A stretch of DNA of 45,805 nt, counting the filler, from Sphacelaria rigidula (lineage: Eukaryota), in NCBI GenBank assembly GCA_964200075.2. It is 2 parts of 2 records of this genome, joined end to end, with 100 filler letters (N's around TTAATTAATTAA, not from the genome) between each part and the next. Parts side by side here need not be neighbours in the genome. Positions count along the whole stretch, not along the records: positions 22,972 to 45,805 come from CAXNAA020000306.1; 1 more part is not named here. One strand, 5' to 3'. Below, one piece after another: positions 24,139-37,042 of this stretch. How positions within the stretch are numbered: the stretch's first letter is position 1; the number at the start of each line of letters is the position of its first letter. The notes beneath the pieces were generated by a model. The model saw nothing but the letters and a program-made list of their open reading frames with translations, made no database searches and was not told the origin of the DNA. A program made the translations under genes and the position numbers.

Positions 24139-24621
24139 TAGGCTTCTACCTATTGTGGTAGTAAAGTCATTTTTAATGGTAGTGATCTCGCCACAAAATA
24201 TGCTCGATTTAGGCTCGCATCCTCAAAAAAATATGCTCTCAATTTATGCTCGCAGCGTGGAACTTATGCTCGATTATGCTCGTAATACCCGTCAAGGGTG
24301 TCATTTTTGACCGAATACAGACCCACCGATCACTATTAGACTGGCAGTGTTATACTGTCATCAGTATCAGTGAATGAGTAGTCCCAGAGCAGACACGCAC
24401 TTCAGACTCGCGGTCGATGATGGCAGAGTTTTCGCCCAAAATATTGCAGTAGGCCAGCATTTAGACCAGTGTGCCAACCCCTGAGGTGGAAAATTATGCT
24501 CGATTATGCTCCTAATGCGGAAATTATGCTCGATTATGCTACTTGCTGAAACCCTATGCTATTTCTGCTACCAAGGTGGAATTATGCCAGAAATCATGCT
24601 TGCACAATAAGTGTACGCCCA
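24139..24621. mobile_element. hAT-type MITE (483 bp) with ATTATGCTC subterminal repeats
   Basis: TAGGC...GCCCA termini with imperfect TIR (tattgtg core); 8-bp TSD GATGGGAC (24131-24138) / GATGAGAC (24622-24629); repeated ttatgctcgattatgct motifs. Confidence 0.8.
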
Positions 24622-25535
24622 GATGAGACCAACACTCTCGCACCCCGTCGACGTTCGTCAAATAATATTTTCGTTGCTGCTCACACTCTCACGTGTTGAG
24701 CGACGGATATCACACAAAATTCAGGAAGAGCGCCGCATGCACCTGCCGGGATTCAAAGCCCCAATCTTCCGCCCCAACAGCTTTCAATTGCATCAGTTGG
24801 ACCATCGCGCGCGGCAACTGTACCGACTATAAAGTATCCTCTATTGTCGGCACAATTTTTCCGGGGATCTCAGAATTTTTCGACTTTCGGACGCTGAGTT
24901 CAGGCTTGTCCATACACGAAGCGGCTTGATATTCTCTCCAAAGCTTTCTTATTGGAGGAGTCTGAAAAATTCGGACTGCGACGCGGCACGTCAGAGACCT
25001 GCTCCATGCATACACCATGGCGCTCGCGAGCATTCGAGAGTCATCAGGTACCCTTGTGCAGTTGCTTTCGAAGTTTGTGACATTATGCACTCCAGCCCCC
25101 CCCCCCCGGCGTGGGGAGGGTAGCGGGGGTAGGGAAACCTCATGAATCACCCGTTCAAAAACAGTGTGACTCCTCACGTATCCTACCATTTGCCCTCGCC
25201 TGGAATTGCACTGAGCGCAATCGCACCAGTCTCCACACGAACCAAGCCGACGTGCGGATACTCCCCCACCCACCCCTACGTTTCCACGCCCGGCAATGCA
25301 GTCCGCCCGTAGGGGCATGTCCCTTCTGTGCATATGTAACTAATTATTCCACCTCAGTTCTTATCTATTTGTTCTAACGTGACCAAACCACTCTTCCCTG
25401 ATGCAACTTGTCTATTACCGTGTATTAATTTCCCTCTTCATCGCCACTTCTGACGATCCCATGTATATTACTCATTCATTTGCAAACACATCACCTACGT
25501 CGGCGACATGAGTCGCCCTCCCCCGAGTACTGTCA

Positions 25536-26595
25536 CTACTCACCCCTCCACTCGGTGGCCTGCCCAGGCTGCCGATCCCCGCTTCTACGCTTGTCGACAA
25601 GGATTTCTGAAACTAGGCCGCAACTGGCGTCATTCGCCCGGACGTATGACTTGTATGCGTCCGATTTCCATCCACCCTCTTTTTGCAACACCTCTGGAGA
25701 CACTGCTGCGGACAAGTGGGTGGCGCCACTTATCCGCAAAGAGTGCAACGCGAACTCTGCGGGGGAAACTCAGCCAACACCACAACTTGCCGTAGCGCCG
25801 CCACCGCATCATACCGCTTCCACACCATTAAGTCCCCGGTGTCCCGCACACCATACGTCAGAAGCGGGGCCTCAGTGCGGTACGAATCCGAAAGAGACAT
25901 TAGTTCAGTCATTAGCGCGACGGCTCCCCCCCCTACTTGAAATGCCAACGCAGGACCCTCGCGAACGCGCGTTACTACCACTCCGACTCGTAAGTGATCC
26001 CCTTTCGCAGCTCGGAATTGCACTTCCACCCGGTCTGCTGTACCCTACTCAGGTCGACGCAACTGTGTCCGTCCCGTGAAAACTGTCACATCCCTCCTAC
26101 GCAAGCAGTAAAGTGGATGATAAGAATGAACGGAATCCGCGAACATCTCGGATAAAAAAAGGAGGCACACAAGCCCAGCCACAGCACGCGGCCTCCTGGA
26201 CCTCATCCAAGCTACAGACGTTTCCCATCCATAAGCACTGACAACGCCACCAGACGTCCATCTCGCTGCTGTGATCCCATCACAACGTGACTACACTTCA
26301 ATCCCATCAACGCATTTTTAATTGAGGAGTGCTGAAGTTCCAAGTCGACAGCCCTTTCCGTTCGATGGAAATATGCCACTACAGCTGAATGACTCGCCAC
26401 GGTGTTCGACCGCAACCCTTTCTTTGCACACGCATAACTCACGTACCCAATCAATCACCAAACGTGATATATCGCATTATCACGGCTACTCAAAAACACG
26501 ACTCGGTTCATCTCTCGCCGGAACTTAACTCAGGAACCAAAATATTCCTCGTACGTTCTCGCAGACGACGGCGCAATGGCATTTCGGACGAGCCC
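25536..26595 (-). pseudogene. Tyrosine recombinase of the DIRS/Ngaro element
   Basis: N-terminal LVRNAIAPSSARTYEEYF, GLRSNTVASH...AYFH, EVQFRAAKGD, and catalytic box HSLRISGAT...EGGWKSDAYKSYVR. Interrupted by stops and frameshifts. Confidence 0.9.
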
Positions 26596-26600
26596 GCGGC

Positions 26601-27280
26601 CTAAATGCATGAACACAGATGTCTCCCCTCTGTCCCTATGTCCCGCATATGCCATTGAACATCTGGACGGCGATACGAGAGGTTAGCGGAGATACGATTA
26701 ATTGACCATCGCGAAATACTATCAGCAACATCATTCAGAATCCCCGGCACGTGCTTCGCCTCGAACACCCATCCCGACGCTATTTCCAACACACCGAGCA
26801 TACGCATCAGAGCGCCCGATCGCGGCTCCTTCCCCCGTCTACACGTATTCACCCGGGTCACGTCGGCTGAATTTTCTTCACGAAACAGCACGCAATCAGC
26901 GCGATGTCGTGGTCGTCTCCCACGGAGAACAAATATCACCCACGCTGACATGACCATACCCAACAGTTCCAAGACATTGATGGAGATGGCCTCTTCCGAG
27001 AGCACCGTATCACGTTTAAAATGAGAACGTTCCTCATCGGACAAGTCATACCGCCACCAAAGGCCCGACTGCAGACAAAATCCGCCAACCGTAGCACCCA
27101 ATGTGCCTAGGAACAAGGACAGCGTGGGTGGGCGCAACACCAATCGGTACACCGGGGACGATAATATTGCTCCACCCCGCGACAAACCGTCACTGATCAG
27201 CCAACGCCACACGTCTAAATCGTCATGAAACTCCGGGCTCAAAGCCACCACTCGCGACTTCGTCGCTGCCTGTTTTTGAA
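26601..27280 (-). pseudogene. RNase H domain of the DIRS/Ngaro element
   Basis: DDLDVWRWLI, SINVLELLG, AKHVPGILNDVADSISR. The first catalytic Asp region and the DN motif are degenerate. Confidence 0.85.
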
Positions 27281-27299
27281 AATAAAGGACCTCGACGCG

Positions 27300-27870
27300 C
27301 ACCAACATCGCCTGTCGTCAGGAAAGTATTTTACTTCCACCAATATACTGTCGTCAACGTAAATGCACATAATATATATGTATATATATACTGTCGTCAA
27401 CGTAAATGCACACAAAAAAGGGGTCGCCCACCCCGCCACCAACTCCCGGAACGGTCTCACAGTCCGGGGGCAGAGTTGCAACGCGTTCCTGCCGGCGTGA
27501 TGCCATCTTGATAGACTGGGCATCACGACGGCCGATATCCGTCACCGCGTGTATGAAAAAGGATGTATTGTTGTGCGAGTGTTTCAAGGCCTTCGCTAGC
27601 AAACCCCGAAAGCCGGGACAGCTGCGCCAACCGAATTCCAGACGCAGATCAATGACCGCTATATCACCAAACACGTATTCAAAATAAGCGGCACGTGCTG
27701 GGTCCACCAGCATTCGGCGAAATACCCCCCTTGACATCAAGCTTACTCAGCACAATGCGGGCTGAGGGGCCAAATTTCTATCGTAAGAACAAAATCCGCA
27801 TCAGGACTTTTCGCAGCACCCCACCAATGTCACACGGCGATGCCTGCGAAAACCGGTGTCCGCATTAATA
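27300..27870 (-). pseudogene. Reverse transcriptase fragment of the DIRS/Ngaro element
   Basis: LSKLDVKG.FR, DLRLEFGWRSCPG, YVDD (duplicated). N-terminal and post-YVDD portions appear deleted. Confidence 0.85.
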
Positions 27871-27884
27871 CTGGTGTGCGGCGT

Positions 27885-29628
27885 TCAACGCGGGGGAAAA
27901 GAGACGCTCGGGTTGTCACCCCCTCCCGATTGTGGCACGTCGTGGCCGAACCGGCATCTGTCTCCCCACCGACAGTGGCCGTAGTCGAGGAAAACGAAGC
28001 ACGGCTGGCTTCGCCGCAATCGCTTGGCCGCCGAGTACCCGCCGTCTCCGGCTGCGGTGCTCCAATTCCCCGCACCCCGGTTGCCGGAGGCCGACCCACT
28101 CCCCACCCCATCCCCAGCAATGGCACTTCCCGTTTCCATCCCTTCCGACGCGTCAACATACCCCGCTCTCACCGTTCGCACAGCGTCGCCCTCAGTCTCG
28201 ATGAACGAGCGTAATTGAGGAAAGGCGGGAGCAGGCGGAGACGGGAGAACGCCGGCCGACGGTGGTGGAACGCGATTGTTCACGAACAACTGCTACGACC
28301 ACTGTGCCAAGGCATCATATCACTTGCCAAGGTCAGAGTTGTTTCTGTGGGTCGTGGTATCAGTACACGCGCGCTGTGTCATCATATCGAAGGGGGCGTT
28401 GGTATACGACCGAAACTCGGAGGCCATCTTCGCGAAGGCCACCGTAAGCGCCCTCGCCCGGTCGGCACACATCGCATATTCTGCACCGGACAGCGCTGCC
28501 AGGCCGGCACGCAGCAAGCACCCAAAGGCTTCACCCATCAGACCCGAACGATCCGGCAGGGATATCTTGTCGCTCGACTGGAACCCGCAGCACCGCGCGG
28601 TATGATTGCTGCAGCGTCGAGTAAGGAGAGAGTGCGGAACATGCTCGCCACCTTTGAAGAGACATGTATCATGGCACCAAGGACCCCCTGCAGCTCAGGT
28701 GGACTGAATGATTGTGCTGGCGGTTTGCCGGTGAGGAGCCACCACTTACGTGACGCGGCGTTCTGCCAAAGCTGCAAAAATTCTTGCATCTCGTACTTTC
28801 GTCGTTGCTCCACCTCAGCCCAAGCTGCAGCCTGGTTTGCCGCTGGCTGTTGTGCACCCCACGGCTGCACGTTGGCCCATGCCCCGCCTTCACCCACGGA
28901 TCCCGAACCGGCAGGGTTTGCGGTCTGCAGGTCGGTGTTGTCCCATCGAGTAGCGGGGGGCGCGGGTTGTGTTGCCGTTGCACCAAGGTGGAAGGTGCGT
29001 GATATCCAGCCAGCCTCTGTCAATTACCCGCGCGGCTCAGCGCGTATCCCTGGCGTACTTGGCCACACCACCGCTGGACGGATCGGTGACCGCAGGAAAA
29101 CATCGCCAGCGACGGTAGTGAGCGGCCTAGCCGCCTCTGTGACAGGACCCCTGACCGCCGCGTGGGAAACGTTACTATCATCAGGGCGGCTAATGGATGC
29201 GACGGGTCCTGCCCCTGATGCAACCAACTGTTGTACCACCTCCCTCAACTGACAAACCTCGTCTGTAATCGAGGATTTCTTGGACCCCAAACCCTCCACG
29301 CTCGTCTTGGTGCCCTCCAGGTTGTTGGCGATGGTGTCCACGCGGTCGCTGACGTGGCCTATATTTTCGGTGATGTCGCCCACCTGGTTGTCCAAGGTAT
29401 CAATCTGTTGGATCGTAGCACGTGACCATCCTACCGTCATCCCACCGTCGAGGGCGAGCCACCCCTACGCAGGGTCATCACTGTGTGTATCCCCGCTGTG
29501 TGTATCTCCGCTGGGCGCAGACCTGGTAGAGGACGACCTCGTCTGGGAGGCAGGCGCGGAAGCGGGCGCCGCGGCTCTTTGTTACCACTGCTGCTCGCCC
29601 CCGCCGAAGCTCCTCCTGACGACGACAT
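27885..29628 (-). pseudogene. gag-like ORF1 with coiled-coil region and CCCH zinc finger
   Basis: Heptad-like stretch IDTLDNQVGDITENIGHVSDRVDTIANNLE; C-x8-C-x5-C-x3-H (CFVFLDYGHCRWGDRCRFGH) at 27942-28001. Split over several ORF fragments. Confidence 0.7.
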
Positions 29629-30223
29629 GTCGGTCAGAGCCGTGAGGTGTAGCTGCAAATGAAAATCTTCAACAAACACTCGAGCCGGGAGGTGAAGCTT
29701 CAGATGAAAACCTTCAGAAAATACTCGGGACGCACGAGCTACGGCAGCGATTCGAGATGTTGTTACTGGCTGATAGTTGCGACGCCCGTATCCCGTAATT
29801 CACACACCTCGAGCTTACCCCACACCCCACTACTGTCGCTTAGTCGTGCTTACACTTGCCCTTGTATCTCGGCTACTTCCTACACACTGAGACTCTCAAC
29901 TGACTCACGCACACAGTAACATCACATCTTTTCCGAAATGGCCTCAAGATACTTCAATCGCAATCCAGGTCTGGGAAAATTCTTATCCACTTCTGCACAA
30001 AGCTCGATTATTTTCCAGCACAGAATCCAACATTTGCCGTCCCGAAAACCTCAGAGATCTCCGAAAAAAAAAGCGTCGATGATAGTGGGCCGAACATGTG
30101 CGTGGCAAGGTGCCTCCCGGTTTCTATGTAGGCGCTGTCTTTCATGAGAATAACTCCTCAAAATAGTCAGGCCAACACGAGGCCACCTATCCGACGGAGC
30201 GCCGTGAGGATTATAACCAACCC

Positions 30224-30480
30224 GAGGGATGCTACGGTAGGGGTGCACAAATATTTTCTGAGGTTAGGATTGTTAGGAGCTCTTCATCTCATCCAAAAAC
30301 ACGACTTATGAACTATGTGAGAGTACGCCGGGATTACTATTTCAATGAGCTAGGGGTATCCCGAATAAATTTGCAAAGGAGGGTGCCCTGACCCATATTC
30401 TTGTACATAGAGAAACTTTAGGAGCCCCCGAGCCAGACAAGATTTCGCGCAAAACGGGCAACCCTACCGTAGCATTGCTC
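30224..30480. mobile_element. MITE-like TIR element
   Basis: Perfect 14-bp inverted repeat atgctacggtaggg (30229-30242 / 30462-30475), extendable to GAG...CTC; TSD unclear. Confidence 0.6.
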
Positions 30481-31386
30481 AACCGTGATACTTCAGCGTT
30501 ATCTCTCCGGCACTATTGTGCACCTCTTTCACTGTCTGAGTGGCTCCTCTGATGATACTTGAATGTTACGTGTACCGGTGTGCTGATTTCCGTTGTACGT
30601 GAGGAATTGTCTGGAAACATATGAAGCAGGAGCATAGTTTACCAAGACCCGACGGTGTAAACGAGATGCAAAGTGCAGATAGAACAAGTAGTGCAATAAG
30701 GCGCAGAGCGCGACAGATGTTGAGAATTCGGTAGTTGAGAATCTCAGGCTCGTCTTTTGAAAAAATTAAGAAAACACGGGAAAGCATTTGTGCTGAACTT
30801 AAGGGAGCAAATAAGAATTAGAAATCAGAAAGACTTGAAGTGCAAGGGGGTCGGCAGGTAGGAATCTGCAAGAATGTACAGCACCTCACAAAAATACAAC
30901 CACCATGGCTACATCAAGCACCCAAGCAAGCTGCCTTCTCTTCTCTGAAACTGACAATAAACATTGATCTCCACTGGGCCACCCCATGGATAATGACAAT
31001 CTGTACGAAAATCGTATATTAACAGCACTGTACTGTATCTTGTTCCGGTTTTGTCTTCGGTACAAATCTGGTTCACGTACGAGAAAAAAGCTGTACTGCT
31101 TACAGCTGGCGCACGGTGCAGTATTGTACCTGCAATCCCCATTGGCAGCGGGTTTTACTAGAGCCTATTCACAAACAGCAGAGGGGGGGTACGGTCGGAA
31201 TGGGCGAGCAGAACAGCCAGCGCGGAGATCCCGAAACAGGCCGGAAAAAAATGGCAGTCAGTAGCAGGGGAAGGGTATTAACGCCCGCACACGCGGCCAT
31301 TCGGCTCCTGTTTGAACATCCTCCATCGTGATTTTCATTATTTTGAGGGGAAAATGGCCCTCCGCACTGCTCCGGAGGATGAAATA

Positions 31387-31593
31387 CCATCTGGTGGTTC
31401 AAGTGTCGTCCAGAGGTTCGATGTGCGAACTCCAGAGGTAAATATACACCCTGGACAAGCCCTGGAGTTTTTTGTTTCTCCGAATTCCCCAGAGGCACTC
31501 TCAGTAAACTCATGTGCTCAAGGGAATCATGTATGTACCCTCTGGCGGCTTCGTTTACTGTCCACTCCAGAGGCATCATGAACCACCAGATGG
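31387..31593. mobile_element. Tc1/mariner (Stowaway-like) MITE, 207 bp
   Basis: Perfect 15-bp TIR CCATCTGGTGGTTCA flanked by TA on both sides; internal ccagagg repeats. Confidence 0.8.
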
Positions 31594-31854
31594 TATTACC
31601 AGTGAAATCCAGAGTACAGTATGAGTGATTTATGCGATGAGCCAAACATGATTCTTGACAATCGTTGAGGGGTGTGTATTGGATGCCTGTACAAAATAAG
31701 ATTCTCAAAATTAAGCATTTGGCATTTGCACCTCTTCGAAAAATAAGGATGAGGATTCAAGCATTTCTGCTGGAATCGGAGAGAAAATAAGACCCGAGCC
31801 TCGCTCAAAACAAGAGTTTCCTAACATCTGTCGTGCCCTGTATAATGACATAAA

Positions 31855-32230
31855 TGTGGAGATCGCCATTTTTTGGGCATGTGCGGAGAGATTTCCTTTT
31901 ATGACGTGTAACCTTAACCTAGTGAACGGCTGTTGCAGGGGTAAGTTCGCAGGAGCCCCGAAACTTCCATATCTGTACAGCCGGATCTGGGACCCCAAGG
32001 TAACAGGGATCTTCCCAGCGAGCTGCTGGCTATCCCTGGGGATGGCTCTTGACCAAGACTCTCAGACTTCGTCATCGGGCTAACTCGCTCGCTCTCGTCG
32101 AGCTTTCCCGAGTGATCCACTTCGCCTCAACCCCACGACTTACGGTCAATCCTTGACTACATAATCCGAGGGAAATCATTCGCCACCTTCGACGGTTTCC
32201 ACCGTCACCGGGAGTCTCACGACTTCCACA
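31855..32230 (+). repeat. 5' LTR
   Basis: Matches 39423-39798 except C31948/T39516 (by-eye comparison, consistent with the ORF track). Confidence 0.97.
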
Positions 32231-32231
32231 T

Positions 32232-32244
32232 TGGCGAACACCAG
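32232..32244 (+). promoter_or_regulatory. Putative primer-binding site (TGGCGAACACCAG)
   Basis: TGG begins 1 nt after the 5' LTR, complementary to tRNA CCA. Priming tRNA not identified. Confidence 0.7.
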
Positions 32245-32517
32245 TTCAGACAAGTGCGCGCAACCCTGAGGGAAAAAAACGCTCACAGGTCGGCAACGTT
32301 CCCAGCGACCGGGGCAACCGCTTTTCTCTCCTCCGCGAGGAGGATGAAAGCAGCTCCGGCCTCGGCGACACGGATCCCGAAAACGTGGGCAGGGCCCCCT
32401 CATCGAGAGCCGTCGCGTTTTCCGACCCAGTACCGGGACACATCAAAGAGGCAGCTCTCAAGGTAGCCTTGAAAACTATGGAACTTTGACAAGGGGACGG
32501 ACCCTCCTCAGTGGGCT

Positions 32518-34028
32518 TTGCGAGCGCTGGGGATGCTGGACTCCCCTCAAGATGTGATCCAGCAAGCACACCAGGTGAACAATGGGGTGGCAGTAGAACA
32601 GCCAGAGTTAGAGGTAGAAGTAGTGAGGGGTAGTTCGGTACATCTACGTCGCGGTGATCATGCACCTAATGACACGACCCTGCCAAGCTCTCGTAGTGTG
32701 CATGCACCAACCACGCCCCCTCGATTGTCCCGGGCGACTAGTAATGTAGTAGATCAAGTCACTGCACCAAATCATTCGCCCGGCACAAACTCTCAAACCT
32801 CGCTGACTTCCGCCCAACTTCACCCGAGCAACGTAGGTTACGCATCCCCTACGAACCAACAGGTGATCAGTAGTCCTCAGGCATTACCTCACGTGCCTGG
32901 CGGTAATTTTTCACCCCACGGGGCACCAAATTTGACCCCCTCGCATAAAAACCAAAATCGATCAAGTGCTATCGACAATATAGTACACACTCCTCGATTC
33001 ACGCTCAAACAAAACGATCTCGGTTCTAACATGGTTTTGAGAGGACTACCAACTGAAGACATTCCAACGATAATGCGACGGTACCGGTCCCGAGTTGAAA
33101 TTAACTCGCAGGATCAATGCACGCGAGAGGAAATCGATGGCCGATGCATCAAGCATTTACAGCTCTTACTGAGGGACACAGCTCTCGACGCGTACACGGA
33201 TCTTGTAACCGGTACCTTAGAATGGCGGACAGAGGCGAATCTCGAAGCCCTTCGGGCACAAGGAGGTGAAGTATCTACCAGGGCCCCCGCATCATGGGAC
33301 GAGTGGGTCGATGCTTATACGAATTTATACTCTCCACCTAATCGCATTGCAATCCTCGCCCGGGCTGTAGCGGAGCTCAATTTTAAGGACCACCACACTG
33401 TAGACTCCTACGCGTTAGAAGTGTCCGAAGCACACTCTCGTTTTTACGCAGAAGCCGCACGAGTCACGCCACATGGTAGGGACCCAGTTAGCTTCGCACG
33501 GGAAGCCAGCCAGACGACTGCTTTTGAAGCAGGATTGCCGCCACATATCAGGGTTGAAACCGTACGCGAAGATCCAACTCATAGCTTTCAGGTTGCAAGA
33601 GCCCGCGCCAAAAAAAGCACGAAACCAACAATTTGCGCGGGACTCAGCCAGAAATTTCCAATCCCTCTCCGACCCACGTTTCATCTCTCGCCATGCACAA
33701 CTCCTCTCAGCTCGCGGAAACAGTCGCGGATCAAGGGCAGCAAATTGAAAAATTGTTGAGAGAGAAGCGGTGGCCTGGCGGAGACCGCGGAAGATCGAAG
33801 AAACGTTCTTCACACCCCGGGGACAAAATGGGCCCATCACCTTCTCCCAGTGAGACCGCGAAACGTAGTCGGTCAGAGAGTAGAGGGAGTAGACAATATG
33901 ATAGTCAACCAAGGAAGAAAAGCGAGCGCTGCACATACAAACCATGCAGGTTCAAACACAATCACTCGATAGAGGACTGTCAACTGGCAAAGAAGCATAG
34001 AGAGCAGCTGCTAGCTTTAGGTGTTTGA
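32518..34028 (+). pseudogene. gag (frameshifted at the A-run near 33610) with atypical zinc knuckle
   Basis: ORFs 32518..33759 and 33633..34028; capsid-like LLLRDTALDAY...WDEWVDAY...TVDSYA...FEAGLP; CTYKPCRFKHNHSIEDC at 33930-33980. Confidence 0.8.
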
Positions 34029-34094
34029 TGGTGCCCGGAGCAGGGGCCCTCGCCCAGCGAAGGGACACATGTACAAGCAAAAAGAGCAACTACC

Positions 34095-35472
34095 GTGCGG
34101 TCTGTCGGAGAAGTTTTCAAGGTAGCATGCGTGACGCAGAAGTACAGAAAATCGAGGGAAAATACTGTGCACCACGAAATGGGTGCCGACCCTCTGGTGG
34201 GAGATAAAAAGGGCAAGAAACGTGTGCGGTTTGCTAGCCAAGGCGTAGCTTCTTCTGTGAGGTCATGTAAGAGAGTACATGTGGAAGGGGTTACAGTTGC
34301 AAAGGCTAGAACAAAAGAGCAAGTAGGGAATACAACAGGTCAAGATCAGATGTTACGTGGGAAGCATCGCCACCTGAAAATTGCGCCCCAAGCTGCTTTT
34401 GTAACCAAGACGTCTCGGAAAAATAATGAAAAGCACAGATCCAAATTTTTGCCTCCAGGCTCGGCAGAATTCGAGCCTTTCTTCATGTCTTCGTTGGCCC
34501 GCTACCCTAGGAAGCCGGCAACGTCACGACCTGCATCAGCAAGAGTGCAGGTTCCCGCCAGAGTCAACGGAATGGAGGTTCCGGCCATGACCATTGATAC
34601 TGCTTCGAATCTTCCCATAGTCAGTCTCAAGTTCATTCGTGCACATCCTACTTTGAGAGACCAGGACATTCAATCTAAGGAGTGCTGACGGTTCACCAAC
34701 CACGATAAAGGGATTCATTCGCTTTGACCTCACGCTGGGTGACATAACCTTGCCCGTCGAAGCATTTGTCCTCGGGAATCTCGGGCCAGACCTCATGCTG
34801 ATAGAGAATTCGGTGATGAGCGCATTTGACGGGGTTCTCGATTGGCAGGCAGAAACCCTGGCGATTCGTAGTCCAGCAGTTCGCCTTACAGCTACTCATC
34901 GAAGAAAAGACAGAACAGTTCATCCGAAGTTTTCAGAATATGATCATTGCTCTGTCATACGGGTAGCATCGGCTGAAAATGTCCCAGTGTATCTCTCAAA
35001 GAGATGCTCCGTCCCGCCGCGAAGTGAGATCGCTCTTCTGGTCGAAACAAATGAGCCGCCAACATTTACGACTGAAGCAGTCATTGAGCCAAGAATTGCA
35101 ACGAGTGAAGACCTCCAATCCAACAAAGTACCGGATGCTTTTAGCCGCCTCGTTGTAGCACGCACAGCCTGTACCTGGTCAGCGATCAACAAAACAGCTA
35201 TGGTACCAGTAGCAAACCCGTCGAATAGACACGTCCAACTCCCAAGAAATTTACTTTTGGGACACATCACACAAGTCGAAAAAAATGACCCGACGGAAAA
35301 CGTCAGTGCAATTTCACAAGCTGAGCGGCACAATACTGACGCCCGAGAAGAACTTACAACAGCGCTCCAGAATGTATTTAAAGATAGCACTTTTTCTGAA
35401 ATTCAGAAGAGCCAAGTGCTCGACCTATGCACCAAATACAGGTGCGTCTTCTCACTGTCACAACGAGAATAG
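34095..35472 (+). pseudogene. Aspartic protease and PR-RT linker
   Basis: TIDTASNLPIVS active-site motif; frameshift near 34680; continues ADGSPTTIKG...LGPDLMLI. Confidence 0.85.
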
Positions 35473-36790
35473 GTTGTTGTACAATTGGGGAAGCAACTTT
35501 TCCCCTTGCCCCGGGCACCAAGCCCGTTGATCGGGCCCCGTACAGAACCAACCCCAGAATTCAAGAAGTCATCGACAACTGTGTACAGGAGATGGGAAAA
35601 GGCGGAATAATCGAACAGAGACCCAGCCCATGGGGCTCGGCAGTGACGATCGTAGCTAAACATGATGGTACCGCCCGATTTTTTGTTGACTACAGATCCA
35701 CGCTCAATAAAAGTCTTGTGCGCAAGTCATGGCCAATGCCTAATTTGGAAAGTCATGTAGATACGGTGGCAGGCGCCAAATTTATCTCTGTCTTTGATGT
35801 ACAGAGCGCGTTCCATGAGATCCCAATAGCGGAGGAGGAGAAAGAAAAAACGGCCTTTGTTACAGAGAAAGGTAAGTGGGTGTTCAACCGGCTACCGTTC
35901 GGCCTAGCACTTCCCTGTTCATTTTCTCGCGAATAATGGCTCTTACTTTCTCACACTTTGGACCCAGGAGCGGTCTGTCGGTGTACATGGATGATTTGAT
36001 CGCCTGCTCCTCCACATGGGAAAGTTACCTCACTCTACTGGAAGACATGTTCAAAGCACTGAAAAAAGCAGGTCTTACCCTAAAGCCCTCTAAAGCACAG
36101 TTTGGTCCAAAGGAGGTCAAGTACCTCGGCTACACTTTGTCCGCTGACGGGATCAAAATTGGGGAAGACCGCGTAAAGGCCATCTTAGGTTTACCTACAC
36201 CAACGAACATCAAACAATTACGTTCAGTGTTAGGGACGATTAATTTCATGAGAAAGTTTATTCCGAATCTCGCACAGGTAATTGCCCCGTTGGCAGATCT
36301 AACGAAAGAAGAGGCAGCCAAGGAAGTAGCAAAACGCTGGAATCACGAACACGATGCAGCTTTTGCCGAAGTAAAAAGACTTCTCATCACCGCTCCTGTC
36401 CTTCACTTCCCAGACTTCTCAAAGGAGTTCACCATTCAAGTTGACGCGTCTGGAGAGGGTGCTGGGTCGTTGCTCACCCAAGATAAAGGGGGCAAAACTG
36501 CAACCGTAGCGTATTTCAGTCAGCGTTTCAATCATGCTCAGCGGCACTACTCTGCTACACTAAAAACATGTTATGCAATTGTATTAACTATACAGCACTG
36601 AAGGCCCTTTTTATGGGGAAAACATTTCACGTGTGTGACAGACCATGCAGCACTACGGTACCTCTATTCCGTGCAAGACACCAGCAATATTTTGACAAGA
36701 TGGGCGATAGCTTTACAGTCCTTTGACTTCACTGTGAGGCACAAACGGGGAAAATTAAATATACTTCAGAACACTCTGTCAAGGCTCTTT
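35473..36790 (+). pseudogene. Reverse transcriptase and RNase H
   Basis: SPWGSAVTIVAKHDG..RFFVDYR, DVQSAFHEI, KTAF, RLPFGL, YMDD, VKYLG, VDASG, TDHAAL, RWAIALQSFDF. Frameshifts near 35470 and 35910; TGA at 36599 in place of Trp. Confidence 0.95.
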
Positions 36791-37042
36791 CGGTTTGAAG
36801 AAGACCAGAATAATGAGGTCAAATCTCTGCTCGCGCCAATTTGTCGGAACGTCCCAGAGGATCCCAAATTGCACGCGAAGAAAGCGCACCAACCGTTTCA
36901 AATTTCAGCGGATGAATTGGATAATCTCAAACCATTACAGAGCGACAGAGAGCTGTTTACCGTCAATTCTCCCCACACAAGCGCTACACATATTTTCACG
37001 TCTGTAAACAAAAACAAGTTGCGAATCGAACAGGCAAAATAA

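Larger units (their letters stand above)
25000..29920 (-). mobile_element. Decayed tyrosine-recombinase retrotransposon (DIRS order, Ngaro-like)
   Basis: Order gag-like ORF1 with CCCH finger, RT, RNase H, overlapping tyrosine recombinase. Many stops, frameshifts and deletions. Ends are approximate and terminal repeats were not found. Confidence 0.85.

Noticed and set aside
23634-24141. Overlapping 149-aa (minus) and 137-aa (plus) ORFs
   Set aside because: No recognisable domain or clear splice structure.
25480-26079. 199-aa plus-strand ORF
   Set aside because: Antisense to the tyrosine recombinase, whose motifs are on the minus strand.
28215-29252. 345-aa plus-strand ORF
   Set aside because: Antisense shadow of the GC-rich DIRS ORF1 with no recognisable motifs.
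31856-32083. Identical 75-aa ORFs at 31856 and 39424
   Set aside because: Chance frame within the LTRs, duplicated with them; GTG start, no domain.
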